A DNA stretch of 64,000 nucleotides from Eledone cirrhosa (taxonomy: Eukaryota), in NCBI GenBank assembly GCA_964016885.1, contig OZ024743.1, forward strand, positions 161,138,001-161,202,000, given 5' to 3'. Under the pieces are notes generated by a model. It was not told the origin of the DNA and ran no database searches. It saw only the letters and a program-made list of their open reading frames with translations. Every line of letters starts with the position of its first letter. Position 1 is the stretch's first letter. A program made the translations under genes and the position numbers. Shown piece after piece: positions 37,540-50,099 of this stretch.

Positions 37540-38064
37540 GCATTCACCAAACAGGAAGGGAATACTACCACCACCACACACTATTCAACACTGCTAATAC
37601 AGAAACCAGCACGGGCAGATAATACAATGGATTGACAGCTAACGCCACCCCCTCCCGCAATTAAAAGAACTATTTCGGCCGCCGACCTCTGCTTGACCGA
37701 CGCCATTTCCCGCGCGCGCTCTGCTGAATAATTCAGATATTCAAAACAACGAACAGCGGAGGACACGTATCGCACCTATCTGACAGATAACCCCCCCCCC
37801 CCCCCCAGTTGATGGATGTGAATCCGAAATATAGGGACAATTAAATCTCTCCCAAGGTAACTCTATCTCGTGTTATTATTTTTATTTTTTACGCTCTTTC
37901 CTACGTTCTTCTACACACTATACATCTCATTCTACATTCACTTACATCTCTCTCTTCACCACCGGATCTTGTTACCCGGAGAATTACCCATCTGCGTTGT
38001 TGAGGCTTCCAAAGAAAATATATCTCATTATTCCACAATGCTTCAAGCAAACTTCAATACTCTC
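36463..38064 (+). mobile_element. 5'-truncated Penelope-like element with 600-730-bp inverted terminal repeats
   Basis: 36463-37189 is the inverse of 37410-38013. Spacer encodes the GIY-YIG C-terminus RRLHIRIKEH..LRIKEALWI..PQINNR. Confidence 0.9.
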
Positions 38065-38240
38065 ATATATATATATATATATAAAAGCATAAGTCTGAAC
38101 TCCTCTACCCCTAGATTTAATTTCTACTACTGTTATTCTATCAACTTGACCTTTAACTCCTTTTCTATTGGTCAATTCGAAACCTGTTCCCAAACAGACC
38201 TTTTATATTAATTCTTTGTTTTTTTCAATGAACAAATCTC

Positions 38241-38372
38241 ATCATTTCTGAGGACGGCATGTATATGTGAAGGTATGTATATTTCCTCTGATAATTTATA
38301 ATATTTTTACATAGATGTATATGATATACATACCAACACACATATACATCCCAGAAACGATCGTAAAATGAT
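38241..38372 (+). ncRNA. Type I hammerhead with extended stem II
   Basis: ATCATTT CTGAGGA [~99 nt] GAAAC GATC GTA AAATGAT. Confidence 0.8.
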
Positions 38373-38426
38373 TAATTTTTTAATATAAGGAACTTGTTCT
38401 TTGTTTTTATTTCATTGTCATTATTA

Positions 38427-38526
<100 letters not shown>

Positions 38527-38903
38527 ACAAAAATATTATTAAAAACACGATAATCCTGATGAGTGGGAATAACTTAATTAATTTGATTGTTGAACAATCA
38601 AATTAATTGATTACACTAAGAGAATTTGAATAATACTATAATTCTATGTAAAATTCACCTAGAAGGTTGAGCCACCTTAACCGCTTATAGCACTAAAATG
38701 CAAAAACACGATATAGGTATGTACTTGAAAAACATACCGATTCCATACTGTTTCATTCGAAGGAAATCATCAGGAAAGCCTGATGATTTCCTTCGAATGA
38801 AACACAGTTCTAGTCCTGTAGAAGCCATTTCTATATTAAAAATGCATACTATGCATACTATTGAGTACCTTACTTACTGTGGTTACTCCCAATTTAACCC
38901 GAG

Positions 38904-38953
<50 letters not shown>

Positions 38954-39329
38954 GAATGAAATATATATATATACCATTTTACTACTAGGTCTTATATGGT
39001 GAATGAGGTGTTGTATCGTTGAATTACCATATGAATATACTCGAGCCAAAGGGACAAGCTAAATATATTATAAGCCATGCCGTTTGTAGAGCGCGTGGGG
39101 AAGCAACATTTCGTAACACTGAATTACTGTATGAAAATGTTCAATGTATTACGACAATACGACGGGATTATATCGCCGCTAGAAATAGCAGCCAAAAACC
39201 CTCTAAATAAACTCGAAGAATGATGGAGCAGTCAATATTAATTTATAACTCTATACAGTTAATTGACTTTAATACGTAGGCATCTCAATGAAAGGTTAAT
39301 AATAATAATAATAATAATGAAATTATTGT

Positions 39330-39700
39330 GTAAAGGGCTCAGGTGCACTACAACTCGTCAAAGGTGCATGTATAGTACATAGAATAATATACAAATGTCA
39401 GGGAAGTGAATAGTGTATGAGTCATGATATACATGTGTGTATGTGTATGGAGGGGGAACAGTAGGTGTAGTGTTGGCGAATCTCGGGAAGCATGAGGGTT
39501 TTAAAGGATGCAGTGTCTCGACAGCTAACAACCGATGCAAGTAGTTTGTTCCATGCTTCAGCAACTCTGAGCGTGAAAAAATGTTTCCGAAAGTCATGGG
39601 AACTGACTGGGAAACTGCTGTTTTCTGACTTTGTGGGCATGTCCACGTGTGTTAGACACATGTAAATCAAAAAGGTACTCAGGGTTGTTGTTTGCAAGAT
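39330..39700 (-). mobile_element. CR1/L2-like LINE 3' fragment
   Basis: HDFRKHFFTLRVAEAWNKLLASVVSCRDTASFK matches the FFxxRVxxxWNxLP..SFK terminal motif. (ATT)n tail near 39300. Confidence 0.75.
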
Positions 39701-40403
39701 GGTTAACAAATTTTAAGATATATTAACAAATTAATAAACTAATTATCATTTCAGAAAAGTATTAAAATATAAGCCAAAATCTCATTTTGTTAAATCGGCT
39801 AAAAATCGGTTAAGAATCGGCTAAAATATTCAAAAGAATTCATCTCCCGATGAAGAAACTTCAATTCTTTCAATATTGGTTATTCCAATGTGGGCTTATA
39901 TTTTATGTTTGAGCTGATTTAGACCAAAGGTTCTCAACGGGGAGCATATGCACCCCCAGGGGGCGTTTTGGAACTCCAAGGGGGGCGTTTGGGAGCAAGG
40001 GGGCATTAGGGGGGCGTTTGGAGCTTTGGAATGCACTGGAAGGCTCTTTACTTTGGTAAGTTTTATAAGCCATATTTGTATGTCTTTGAGACAGCCAGTG
40101 TGAATGCATTTGAATGAGTATGCAGACAGCATAACTATAGTCTGGCCGCAGCTGTGAGCAGGTGTGCAGGCGTGTTTAGACATTATCCGGCAATTGAGAT
40201 CCTAACAATGGAAAAACGCACAGTCAACTGGGTCAAGGACACTTCAAGCGCAGCCAGTTAGAATCTTGTCTTTCCTTCACCGATAACAATGTATTTCATG
40301 TCTGAAATTATTGACTCAACCGTAACGAGTTAACACTATGTAGATCTATTTCATTTCCTATTGTATAAATAATATTACAAATAAAAAAAAAATCCCAGAA
40401 GCG

Positions 40404-40795
40404 GGTAGCACACACATCTAGGACCACATACAACACATAAGCAGGTAATACACACATATAGGACCACATACAACACATAAGCAGGTAATACACACATCTA
40501 GGACCACATGCAACACATAAGGTAGCACACACATCTAAGACCACATACAACACACAGGCAAGTAATACATACATTTAGGACCACATACAACACATAAGCA
40601 GGTAATACAAACATCTAGGACCACATACAACGCATAATCAGGTAATACAAACATCTAGGACCACATACAACACATAATCAGGTAATACATACATCTAGGA
40701 CCACATGCAATACATAGCAGGTAATACATACATCTAGGACTACCTACAACACACAGGCAGGTAATACATACATCTAGAACCAAATACAATACACA
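40404..40795 (+). repeat. 40-bp minisatellite, ~10 copies
   Basis: Unit GGTAATACACACATCTAGGACCACATACAACACATAAGCA. Confidence 0.95.
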
Positions 40796-41858
40796 TTGTA
40801 TCATGTGCTACGGACGACGCAAGAGCAATGGTCGGCCAACATAAGGGTTTCGTCACTCTTCTGAAGAGAGAAAATCTATCTGTATTTGTTGTTCATTGTG
40901 TCATTCATCGACAACACTTGGCTGTGAAGAAACTCAGCAAGCCACTGAGCAAGTCCTTGCAGGTGGCCCCTAATGTCATCAATTTTATCAAACGGCATTC
41001 CCTCAATGAACGAATTTTCCGGCAACTGTGCCAAGATAATGACGAAGAATTCGTCAAGTTGCTCCTTCATACTGAAGTGAGGTGGCTTTCAAAGGGCAAG
41101 TGCCTTACTCACTTCTTTGAACTGTTCGACTCTATCATTGAGTTTCTGCAAGGACGCAACACAGAACTGTACAAGAAAACCCTCGATATGAGGCAAAACT
41201 GCGCCTACCTCACCGACATCGTTGACAAATGCATTAGCGTCATTTTGGCTTTGCAGTGGAAGAAGATCACCTTGCTTAAACAAGGAATGCTGTGAAAACA
41301 TTCCTGGCCAAATTGAATGTCATCGAAAGGAATCTTTGTTGACGGGAATTCTATAATTTTCCTAGTGTCGCCAATGTTCAAAATATTGTAAGTGATGACC
41401 AACTCCAAATGTATACCGCTCACCTCCGTGCGCTACAAGACAACATGAGAGAATGGTTTGTCAACCTTTTGCCGATGGACATCCCAATGTGGGTATCAGA
41501 TCCCTTCATAGCTAACGTTGATGATTTGGACGTTATATTTCAGGAAGAATTCATTGAACTTCAAGCAGATGACATGATCAAAATTAGATTTCCCAAAATA
41601 GGTGAACCCCTTTTTTGGATGCAAGAGGAAATTCAGCGTCGATTTCCACACCTACATGCAGAGGCTAAGAGATTTGCTCTGCCTTTTCCAAGCTCATACT
41701 TAGTCAAGAGGAGGTTTAGTGCTGTTTCCAGACTGCACAGTAAGGCTTGCAACCGCTACAATGTAATTACATGTGGAGATCTCCGGCTACATCTTACGAA
41801 AATCCAGCCTGACGTCACAGAATTAGCTAGACTCCATGAAGTTCAAGGGTCCCATTGA
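40795..41858 (+). pseudogene. C-terminal half of hAT transposase (ZBED8/SCAND3-like), frameshifted
   Basis: CATDDARAMVG, HCVIHRQHLA, LLLHTEVRWLSKG, PFPSSYLVKRRFSAV, GDLRLHLTKIQPD. Confidence 0.92.
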
Positions 41859-42745
41859 AATGAGGTCAAAGTTAAAGTAAGTTGATTTATCTGAAAACTT
41901 AGATATGCTATTGTTACAAAGAAAACTAACAATTTTTTTTATTTGTAGTTGCAGTCTGACTGGACTGGAAACCATCTACTACAATTCACTTACTCATTTG
42001 CTGTATATATTTTACCATTTACTAATAAATATACCCTCCCGCGTGGTCATGAAAACCCTCTTCCGTGGTCTCTAAGCTCACAAAGCAGAGGGGACATCAA
42101 GTTAGATATCAACATTTATTCTGTCCATTTCATTAAAGGGAAAATTGGAAAGCTTTGAAATGATATAATTGCCACTTTCTTCCAGATAAGAGCACTCTTT
42201 GGATAGAGTTGCTCTTGTATAAAGGTTCAAAATAGCTGGTATCGCCTGGTGGGAATATAACAAATTCAACTGGTCCTTATTCATAAAAAAGAACATTTAT
42301 GTTCCTTTTTTTGAAATTTATATATTTCCTTTCAAAGAATGTATTTATACTCTCAGCTGCCTGTATCTTTGGAATATTGTTAATCAATTTTTTAGTAATC
42401 TACAGATATCAAAATCAGTAGTATATTGAAAAATGGAAAAATAGGGTAGGGGGCGTTTCGTGATTTTGAGGGACAAAAGGGGGCGTTTGGCCTAAATCGG
42501 TTGAGAACCTGTGATTTAGACGGTATTTTTACTGCTATTTCTAGCGTCGAAATAAGTCCGTCGTATGGGGCGTTATATATATCAGAATTTAATATTTTCA
42601 CTTGTATCCTCCCGCCCAAATAAGATTTAGACTCCTATTTTAATACTTTTCTGAGTGGATAATTAGTTTATTAATTTATTAGTATATTTTTTCCTTTCAT
42701 TGAGGTGCCTACATATTAGAGACAGTTAACTTTATAGAGTAATAA

Positions 42746-42793
<48 letters not shown>

Positions 42794-43041
42794 GGGGGGG
42801 GGTGTAACAGACTGAGTGCGTAATTGCGAGGGAGAATGAGAAGGAAAGAAATTTGCAAGAAAATGTGTGATGAAGAACTAGCACCATACGATCAGCTGAT
42901 AATTGTTGTTTGTGACAGTTAGATGGCTTTCACTCCGATACTCGCTCCTTAAAAGTACAGGTGCACGCTTGAGCACCTTCTCTTCTTCACACCTACAAAT
43001 TTCTCCCCTACTTTACAACTTGTGTGTACTAATACATACAT

Positions 43042-43135
<94 letters not shown>

Positions 43136-43276
43136 CATTCATACATATATTATATAAATAATTTTATATTATATATTATAGAGAGAGGGTGAAATATACA
43201 TGTTATATGTACATACATACACACACACATATATATATATATATGAATGTACGTATATATGTATGTATGCATGTGC

Positions 43277-43347
<71 letters not shown>

Positions 43348-43610
43348 TACATACATATATTTATTTTTTTAATATCCAATTGAGTTCTTCACGCGTGGTT
43401 AAAATTCGTGACAATTAATTGACCAGCGTATATATTATTTTATGTTTTACGATGACCTCGCGTTCCCGTTTGGGGACAGTGTGAAATTTCTTTTTGAGAG
43501 ACTGCTGGAATTCCAAATTTGGCGGTCATTCTAGCACTGACGGGGACCATCGCTGAATATTAATATCAGTATGGTTTTTCATATTTTTTTTATATTGATA
43601 TTGCTGGGCA

Positions 43611-43732
43611 TCCACTGATGAGTTATAAGTGCCCACCTGCATGTATACCTTTGGACTATATGCAGGCTTCTACATAACCTGGACATTATTTTCCCAATTT
43701 GTAGAAAACTTATAACGAAACGATCGTTTGGA
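43611..43732 (+). ncRNA. Type I hammerhead with extended, branched stem II
   Basis: TCCA CTGATGA GTTATAAGT..ACTTATAAC GAAAC GATC GTT TGGA. Confidence 0.8.
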
Positions 43733-43913
43733 AGGAGTGATGTATTTACTTATGTCTCATATAAAATAATACAGCCGGGTATCTGTAAAATACAATATAG
43801 TTAGCACCCCAAACATATAATTAGGGTTATACTCAGGTATATCCTAATGTTTGTTGAGTGAGATGGATGTCGGTCGGAGTATTGCTTAAAGCTTTCTCTG
43901 TTAATGTATTAAG

Positions 43914-43950
<37 letters not shown>

Positions 43951-43996
43951 CAACACGCACACACAAACACATACACACACACATATATATATATAT

Positions 43997-44905
43997 TTAT
44001 TGTTATACTTTTGGGGGGGTCATGTTACCAATAAAAACACATGCACCTGGAAGTTTTCACTTCAATTTATTATAAATTTCCGGTTGGTTGGTTCGATAAC
44101 CGGAAAGTTGTTTATATATTCTTTAAGCTCTTTCGTCGCACATTCTGTAACCTCCTCAGTGACTAGGTTTTTATTTTGTGTGTCTCTCCTTTGTTCTGTC
44201 TTACACCATTTTGTGTGTTGTGTGCTATGTGCTTAGTTTGTGCATGCGTTATAGCAGGATGTGTGAGTCTGTTTTTATTTATTTATGTGTCTATTTATTT
44301 GTCACTAGCTGGTTGTTTGTTCTATTTGTGTGTTTCTGATTTGTTTTGTTAGTTTGGTTTTTGTGTCTGTATGTCTTCATTGTGTCCTTAATTACTTGTT
44401 GTGATGTTGCTATTCCACTCATGTTTTCTGTTTAATTTTGGTTGGAGTCCGTTTATAATTTGTTGCCTCTGTGATTTGCCGGAGCATAGCATCTTTTCTG
44501 TGTATGGATATAATTTTTATCTCTATGTGCTTTAATGTGCCCCTATATTCTATTTTGGCATGTTGGTGGAGTACTGATGAGTTTTTCCCATCCTGGAGTT
44601 CTCGCCAGTGTTCACTTATCCTTTCTCCTATGCTACGGGTTGTTTCACTCTCGTTAGAAACTATTAATAATAGAACACAAATCCTCAATTCACATTATGC
44701 CAAACCCATAGCCTCCAAATACCTTATCCACCGAAACTCGGCAGTTTCGGATAATATGAAAGTCAACATACTGATTGCAGATTTAGTAAGAGTGATGAGG
44801 ACCATACTGATTGCGGACTTATATATATCAACATACTGAGTCCACAATCAGTATGTTGATTTTTATATGATCCGAAACAGTTGTTTCGGATCATATAAAA
44901 ATCGT
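43997..44905. mobile_element. Rearranged PLE copy of the 34518 family
   Basis: 43997-44645 is the inverted 3' end (ETTRSIGERISEH..RQITEA). 44660-44820 is plus-strand HYAKPIASKYLIHRNSA. Confidence 0.85.
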
Positions 44906-45013
44906 ATTTCTTCCTCATTTAGAGGCAGGGTGTAAAATTAACTAGGACTTCTAGATTCCATATCCTGTGGTAACAGCTAACACACACTGTATGGAACTAT
45001 CTTATGACTTGGC

Positions 45014-45145
45014 CATCCCTGCTGATGAGTGTAACAGCACAGTTACGCAAACATCTGCACATATTACGGGATTTTCTTAACATTCAGTATCTATATCTGC
45101 ATTTGTGAAGATATGTTGTACAGAAACGATATCGTCCAGGGGATG
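45014..45145 (+). ncRNA. Type I hammerhead with extended stem II
   Basis: CATCCCTG CTGATGA GTGTAACA..TGTTGTAC A GAAAC GATATC GTC CAGGGGATG. Confidence 0.8.
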
Positions 45146-45166
45146 AGAATTTTACCCATCTCTCTT

Positions 45167-45245
<79 letters not shown>

Positions 45246-45485
45246 CTAAATACGGCCACCACATCTGCTATTAATTAAATGTGTGCACTCTGAACGGCTG
45301 ATTGGAACTGCATTACTGCATTTCGGCAAAATCATTGAGTGAGCTAGATGCTGGCCGGAGACCGTTCAATTAATACCAGCGATCTTCGTTAATTTTACAA
45401 TGTATATATATATATATATATATACATTCAGTACAGAATTAGCCGTCGAAACGGCTTGAGCTCAGCCATCGGGGTCTTACTTGTT

Positions 45486-45534
<49 letters not shown>

Positions 45535-45536
<2 letters not shown>

Positions 45537-45965
45537 GTGGGAAAGTGAAAAATCGGAGAATAGACCGTTAAAACATGTTTATTGAAAATATCACCTACGT
45601 ACGTTTCGCCTAGTTGGGCTTCTCAAGGGCATAAACAGTCACAAGTGTTCCTTATATAGTTTGGAAAGAGATTTGGGGGTTAAATCGACATCAACTTGTG
45701 ACTGTTTATGCCCTTGAGAAGCCCAACTGGGCGAAACGTACGTAGGTGATATTTTCAATAAACATGTTTTAACGGTCTATTCTCCGATTTTTCACTTTCC
45801 CACGTGCTTACGCTCTGCTAACTCTCTAGCCCACTAAATATTAACACTTCGAATATTTAATACTGCCGGCACTAGTATCGAGCACCTTTGGCATACGCTA
45901 CTTGGCAAATAACTATATGTATCACCTATCCCTCCTTTTTTTCTCTCTTTCTCGATACGTAAATA
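45535..45965 (+). mobile_element. Short non-coding PLE-type insertion with 112-bp inverted repeat
   Basis: 45535-45646 is the inverse of 45694-45805. Contains an HHR and AATAAA. Between (TA)n tracts. Confidence 0.8.
45707..45751 (+). ncRNA. Minimal type I hammerhead, U3:A8 variant
   Basis: CC TTGAGAA GCCC AACT GGGC GAAAC GTAC GTA GG. Inverted copy at 45589-45633. Confidence 0.65.
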
Positions 45966-46224
45966 CTATATATATATATATATATGACTTGTGTTGTCTT
46001 TCCTTCAAAATATGTGATAGAATGTATCTCCCCTCATATAAGTGTTATAGTTTGTATTTTCATATTTTCATATTTTTGTATTATGAATTCAGAATTGATT
46101 TCATGTACCTCAATTGAATAATAAATGGTATTTAGAATAACTAATTTCTATATTACATGTTTTGCTTTTTTTCTTCTAATATATAAGGAAGACTTCCATT
46201 CCCGGGAAACGCCAGGTACCTCTG

Positions 46225-46255
<31 letters not shown>

Positions 46256-46384
46256 CAACGTCATATGTGACGATCGAATTTTTGAACTTACTAAACTCGG
46301 AGGAAATAGATTTATAAGAAGATGCGGGAAGCTCAGGTGCAGAAAATAATTGCAATTACAGTCAGTTGCTATAACATAACTTAT

Positions 46385-46960
46385 AAAAACATTGTCCCAT
46401 GTGGTTACAGTAGGCCAAAAATATTAGTAATTTTCAATAAGGAGTTTCTTTCCACTGTATAGGCATAATTACATCTTCAAGAAGATGCCATCACATTCAA
46501 TCACCTTCGCATAGACTTGGCCAGGAAGCGTTGATGTCATCAGACGGTGTCCAATGTTCGTTGGGTGTTTCCACTCTCAACCGTAAAACCCTCTCACTGT
46601 CGGGTCAAGAGTAGTGACCAAATTACTGCCTATCTCCGGCTCTTGGCTTCCAGCTTATCTCCTCTCTCCTCCTCCTAAACTAACAAGATTCCCTTTCTGC
46701 TGCCTCCCCAATCCTGCGAACTGCAGCCTTCTCTCTTCCTCTCATTCTAGGCAGTGAGCAGTCTCCATAATGAATGAGCCGGAATCTCATGCAACCCCCA
46801 CCCCACCTTTTTCCTTACACTCCTGCATAAGTTCTTGATATTTAGCACTCTTTCACTCAAAGGCGTAGCCGCACTCTTCTTCCCATAGGACTCTGAGTAT
46901 TATCAGGATGATCTTTTTTATCATTTCAGGCCAAAGTACTACATTTAGTTTCAGGGATCT
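46385..46960 (-). mobile_element. Decayed Tc1/mariner-like remnant
   Basis: Minus-strand C-terminal KVIECDGIF-like segment and TACAG-type end. Very degraded. Confidence 0.35.
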
Positions 46961-48048
46961 TTGTACCGTCTAAAACCGTCCTTGGTTTGACAAGGTCTAA
47001 AGACCTTCCATCTTAATATCATGTAAGAACATTGGATAAGTTATGTTCCAGATGTCAACTTAATAATGAGAAAGTTCATTATACTATTAAATCTTGATTA
47101 TTTTCAAAATTATTTGAAAATCATAAGCAATGTCTTTCATTAAAACTATGGTGTCGAAAGCGTTATATAGAATCTTAGGGTGTGAATAAGGTTCTCGATG
47201 TATTATGATTTAAACAAATGCGGAATAATCGCACTTGAACGAATTTGTAAAATGATCTGCTCGCTGAAGACTGATCAAGATCTAAACAAGAACAGTAACA
47301 TTTACCTGGAACTTTTGTTTATCATTTTAACTTTCTTCTCATATTATCAATCATGTACTCTATCTCTTGCACCACCTATTACATAATAAATGCAATCCTT
47401 CCTATCGTTTCAGTATTTTAAACCAGTGGAAATCAATCCTCGCTGACGATTTTCTTCCCTCTCTAAACAGAATAATTCAAATTAAACGAAAACCCTCAGC
47501 CACCTGTCCAAACTATACGTTGTTGTTGATCTTGGATGACGGGTATAATAATACGTTGGTAGTAGTTGTAGCAGGTGTTGTTGTTTGACCCTAGTCATAA
47601 CTATCTTTACATTTCTTAGGAATTGTATATTTAGAACAGTGTTTAATGTGTCCTTCTCTCAAGGAAACGGTAGAGTACTATTTACAGGTGATTCGGCTCA
47701 TGTCGCTACTATTTACTATTGTTACTAAATATTATTTTACCACACAATTACATGCGTGGGTGTGGTGGGAGGTATTGATGAACGTTATTGATTACAAACG
47801 AGGAAAAGATATATAAATATCATATATTTATTAAAAATATATTAAAATTATATATATATATAGATTTCTTTTTTATATCTCATCATTCTTCTCAATCTCC
47901 TCCTTTTTCTCAGTTGCTCTGTTGTTGCCATGACGTAAGCTCTCTTTCCACCACAGTGTATTTTCTCTTTCACTTTTTTATCTCTCTTTCCTTCTCTCTC
48001 TCTCTCTCTCTCTCTCGCTCTCTCTCTCTCTCTTTCTCTCTCTCTCTT

Positions 48049-48082
<34 letters not shown>

Positions 48083-48217
48083 TTATAAATTGACTCCTTC
48101 GTGACGTTTCAGGAGTAGGCTGATCCATCGATCAAACAACTGGAACACTCATCGTAGAAAACGACGGATATACAAGAACCACAGCATGCCCGCAGTTTAA
48201 TGAGTTAAACTTGTAAA

Positions 48218-48360
48218 GCGCGCATAGCTTTGTCGTTAGAGCGTTGTGTTTGCAACCGTGAGATTGTGAGTTCAATAAGCGGACCAAGTGGTGTTTTGTT
48301 TCCTTGAGCAAGAAGACACTTTATTTCACGTTGCTCCAGTTCACTCAGTAGTAGAATTGG
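48218..48360 (+). mobile_element. SINE family B
   Basis: GCGCATAGCT..GTGAGTTCAAT..CCTTGAGCAAG..ACACTTTATTTCACGTTGCTCCAGTTCACTCAG. Confidence 0.8.
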
Positions 48361-48499
48361 CCTCAGACCTAGCAGTAGATCACCCTAATCAAAGAATTGT
48401 TCAAATTCACCGGTTGTCCAAATTAAATGTATCTATCAACTAACTGACGATATATTTGTTAGTTGTCTAAAACGAAAACAACAAGGAACAGCCAGCCGA

Positions 48500-48705
48500 T
48501 GCTATAAATGTAAAATCTCACAATGACCATAAACCGGGCTTCCATCGCAAACCTAGCATCTGGCTTATAAACCCTACGAAGTCAGATATAGGGAGGATGA
48601 ATAAAAAGATCCTGGATAAAATTATACCCAAAGTTAAGCAACAAGTGAGGCTCAGCCTGTGGAATAGTACGCAAGAAGTCCTCTCCTGGTTCCAAAGTAT
48701 AGACC
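48500..48705 (+). pseudogene. Fragment of a PLE-type reverse transcriptase
   Basis: NDHKPGFHRKPSIWLINPTKSDIGRMNKKILDKI..LWNSTQEVLSWFQSI resembles the KDHK..RLINPxKS..W..T..V..WF block of invertebrate PLE RTs. Confidence 0.65.
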
Positions 48706-48977
48706 TGTTGTATGAAGGTCGCGATAACCATGCCTGGGGTCACACATATACACGCACACTACCTAATATATCTTCGATAAAAGTAAATTGTGTTGTAAGA
48801 CTCGCTTTAGGTTTTTCAATAACGAAAACAAGTCACTTTTGTTTTATTGACAGTTTTAATACCTTTTTCATGTAATTAAACGAGTCGATGTCACAGTTTG
48901 CCTGAAACATTTGTAAGTGATTAAAAGGTATTTTTTAGTGAAAGAAGATTCATTTAATACTTTTGAATATATATATA

Positions 48978-49170
48978 TAACGAAGGAAATGTGGTAAGGA
49001 ACCAGGTGGACCATAACGCACGAAAGTACTCAATACTTAGGGTAGTAGAGTGGGTAATAGGAACGAGTGGGACCCCGACGGCTGAGCTCAAGCCGTTTCG
49101 ACGGCTGATTCTGGACTAAATAAAAAATTTTGTCCTGGTATTTGAATAGCCGAGCTTCTCAGGGGGTAAT
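48978..49170 (-). mobile_element. HHR-bearing repeat family; further truncated copies at 45436-45490 (+) and 51008-51181
   Basis: AACGAAGGAAATGTGGTAAGGAACCAG..CCCCGACGGCTGAGCTCAAGCCGTTTCGACGGCT is shared. Each copy abuts (TA)n. Confidence 0.85.
49072..49167 (-). ncRNA. Type I hammerhead with long stems II and III (core CUGAGAA)
   Basis: ACCCC CTGAGAA G..CGGCT..AGCCGTC GAAAC GGCTTGAGCTCAGCC GTC GGGGT. Confidence 0.75.
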
Positions 49171-50063
49171 TCCATATATGGTAAAAGTGATTGTCACAAG
49201 GATTGGTCAAAAGTTTGTTGTTGAAACATAATAATTCTATCACGGCAATTTGTGGAGGGAAGGGATAGCTGAACCTGCCAGTAGAAGAAAGAGGGAAAGG
49301 GGGTGGAGGAAACCCAGTCGTGCGTTGATAGTGCCAACAACAGCTGGGCATGAGATCAAAGAAGATACTAGGGGGGGGGGAGTCGAAAGAATAAGTAAAA
49401 CAATATGGGGTAAATATATAGAGAAATACCGAGAGTGTTAAAAAACAATTAAATGTAAAAACAAAACAATTTCTGGTTACTATAACCTAAGGACAGCTAA
49501 CAAGTCTCTCACTGGTACTGCTAGACTAAAGAAAGGTTTACTAGGTGGGACGGATTTATAATGAAACCCTTTTAAGAGGTATAAGTAAACAACCGAATAT
49601 ATCTTACGGTGACGGGTCAAAAAGTCGGGGGCCAAAATACTAAAGAAACTACCACGAAATAATAATTCAGAGTCCCGAGACCAGTACGAAATAAAGGTTT
49701 CTACCCCAGGCACAAGGCCAGCAACCACCCAGTGCAAAAAAAATAAACTAATACGAAATAATAATTCAGAATCCCGAAAAAGAAAACTAATACTATCTCT
49801 AAGGGTGCCGCCACGATACAAAAATTCTAGTGCAAACTACACAAATGCTCGCACGAAGTATATGTAAAATTTGATACGGAAAATTAATTCAGAATCCCCC
49901 CCCTCAAAAAAAAAAAAAATACTGATATACTTATTCACCATCCAACCAAATTACTTCTCTAAAAACCTAGCATTTCGAGCCACTTTTTTCCATATAAATC
50001 AGAAGTAACATTCAAAGACCAACCAGATGTGGGAAAAACCACAAACCCTCCATCTCAATTCTA

Positions 50064-50099
50064 CTTTTGAAAAGCAGAAGAACTGCGAAACCGGTAAAG
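50064..50099 (+). ncRNA. Minimal type I hammerhead, U3:A8 variant
   Basis: CTT TTGAAAA GCAG AAGAA CTGC GAAAC CG GTA AAG, then AATAAA. Confidence 0.65.

Larger units (their letters stand above)
39925..42513 (+). mobile_element. hAT DNA transposon (Buster/Charlie type), internally deleted
   Basis: TIRs CAAAGGTTCTCAAC / GTTGAGAACCTGTG. Perfect 8-bp TSD ATTTAGAC (39917-39924 and 42514-42521) with central TA. Confidence 0.96.

Noticed and set aside
40404-40795. CRISPR-like regular array
   Set aside because: Contiguous tandem units with no unique spacers; no cas genes; eukaryotic context.
48832-48920. TCACT..GAAACATTTGTA AGTGA half hammerhead
   Set aside because: CUGANGA strand not recognisable.
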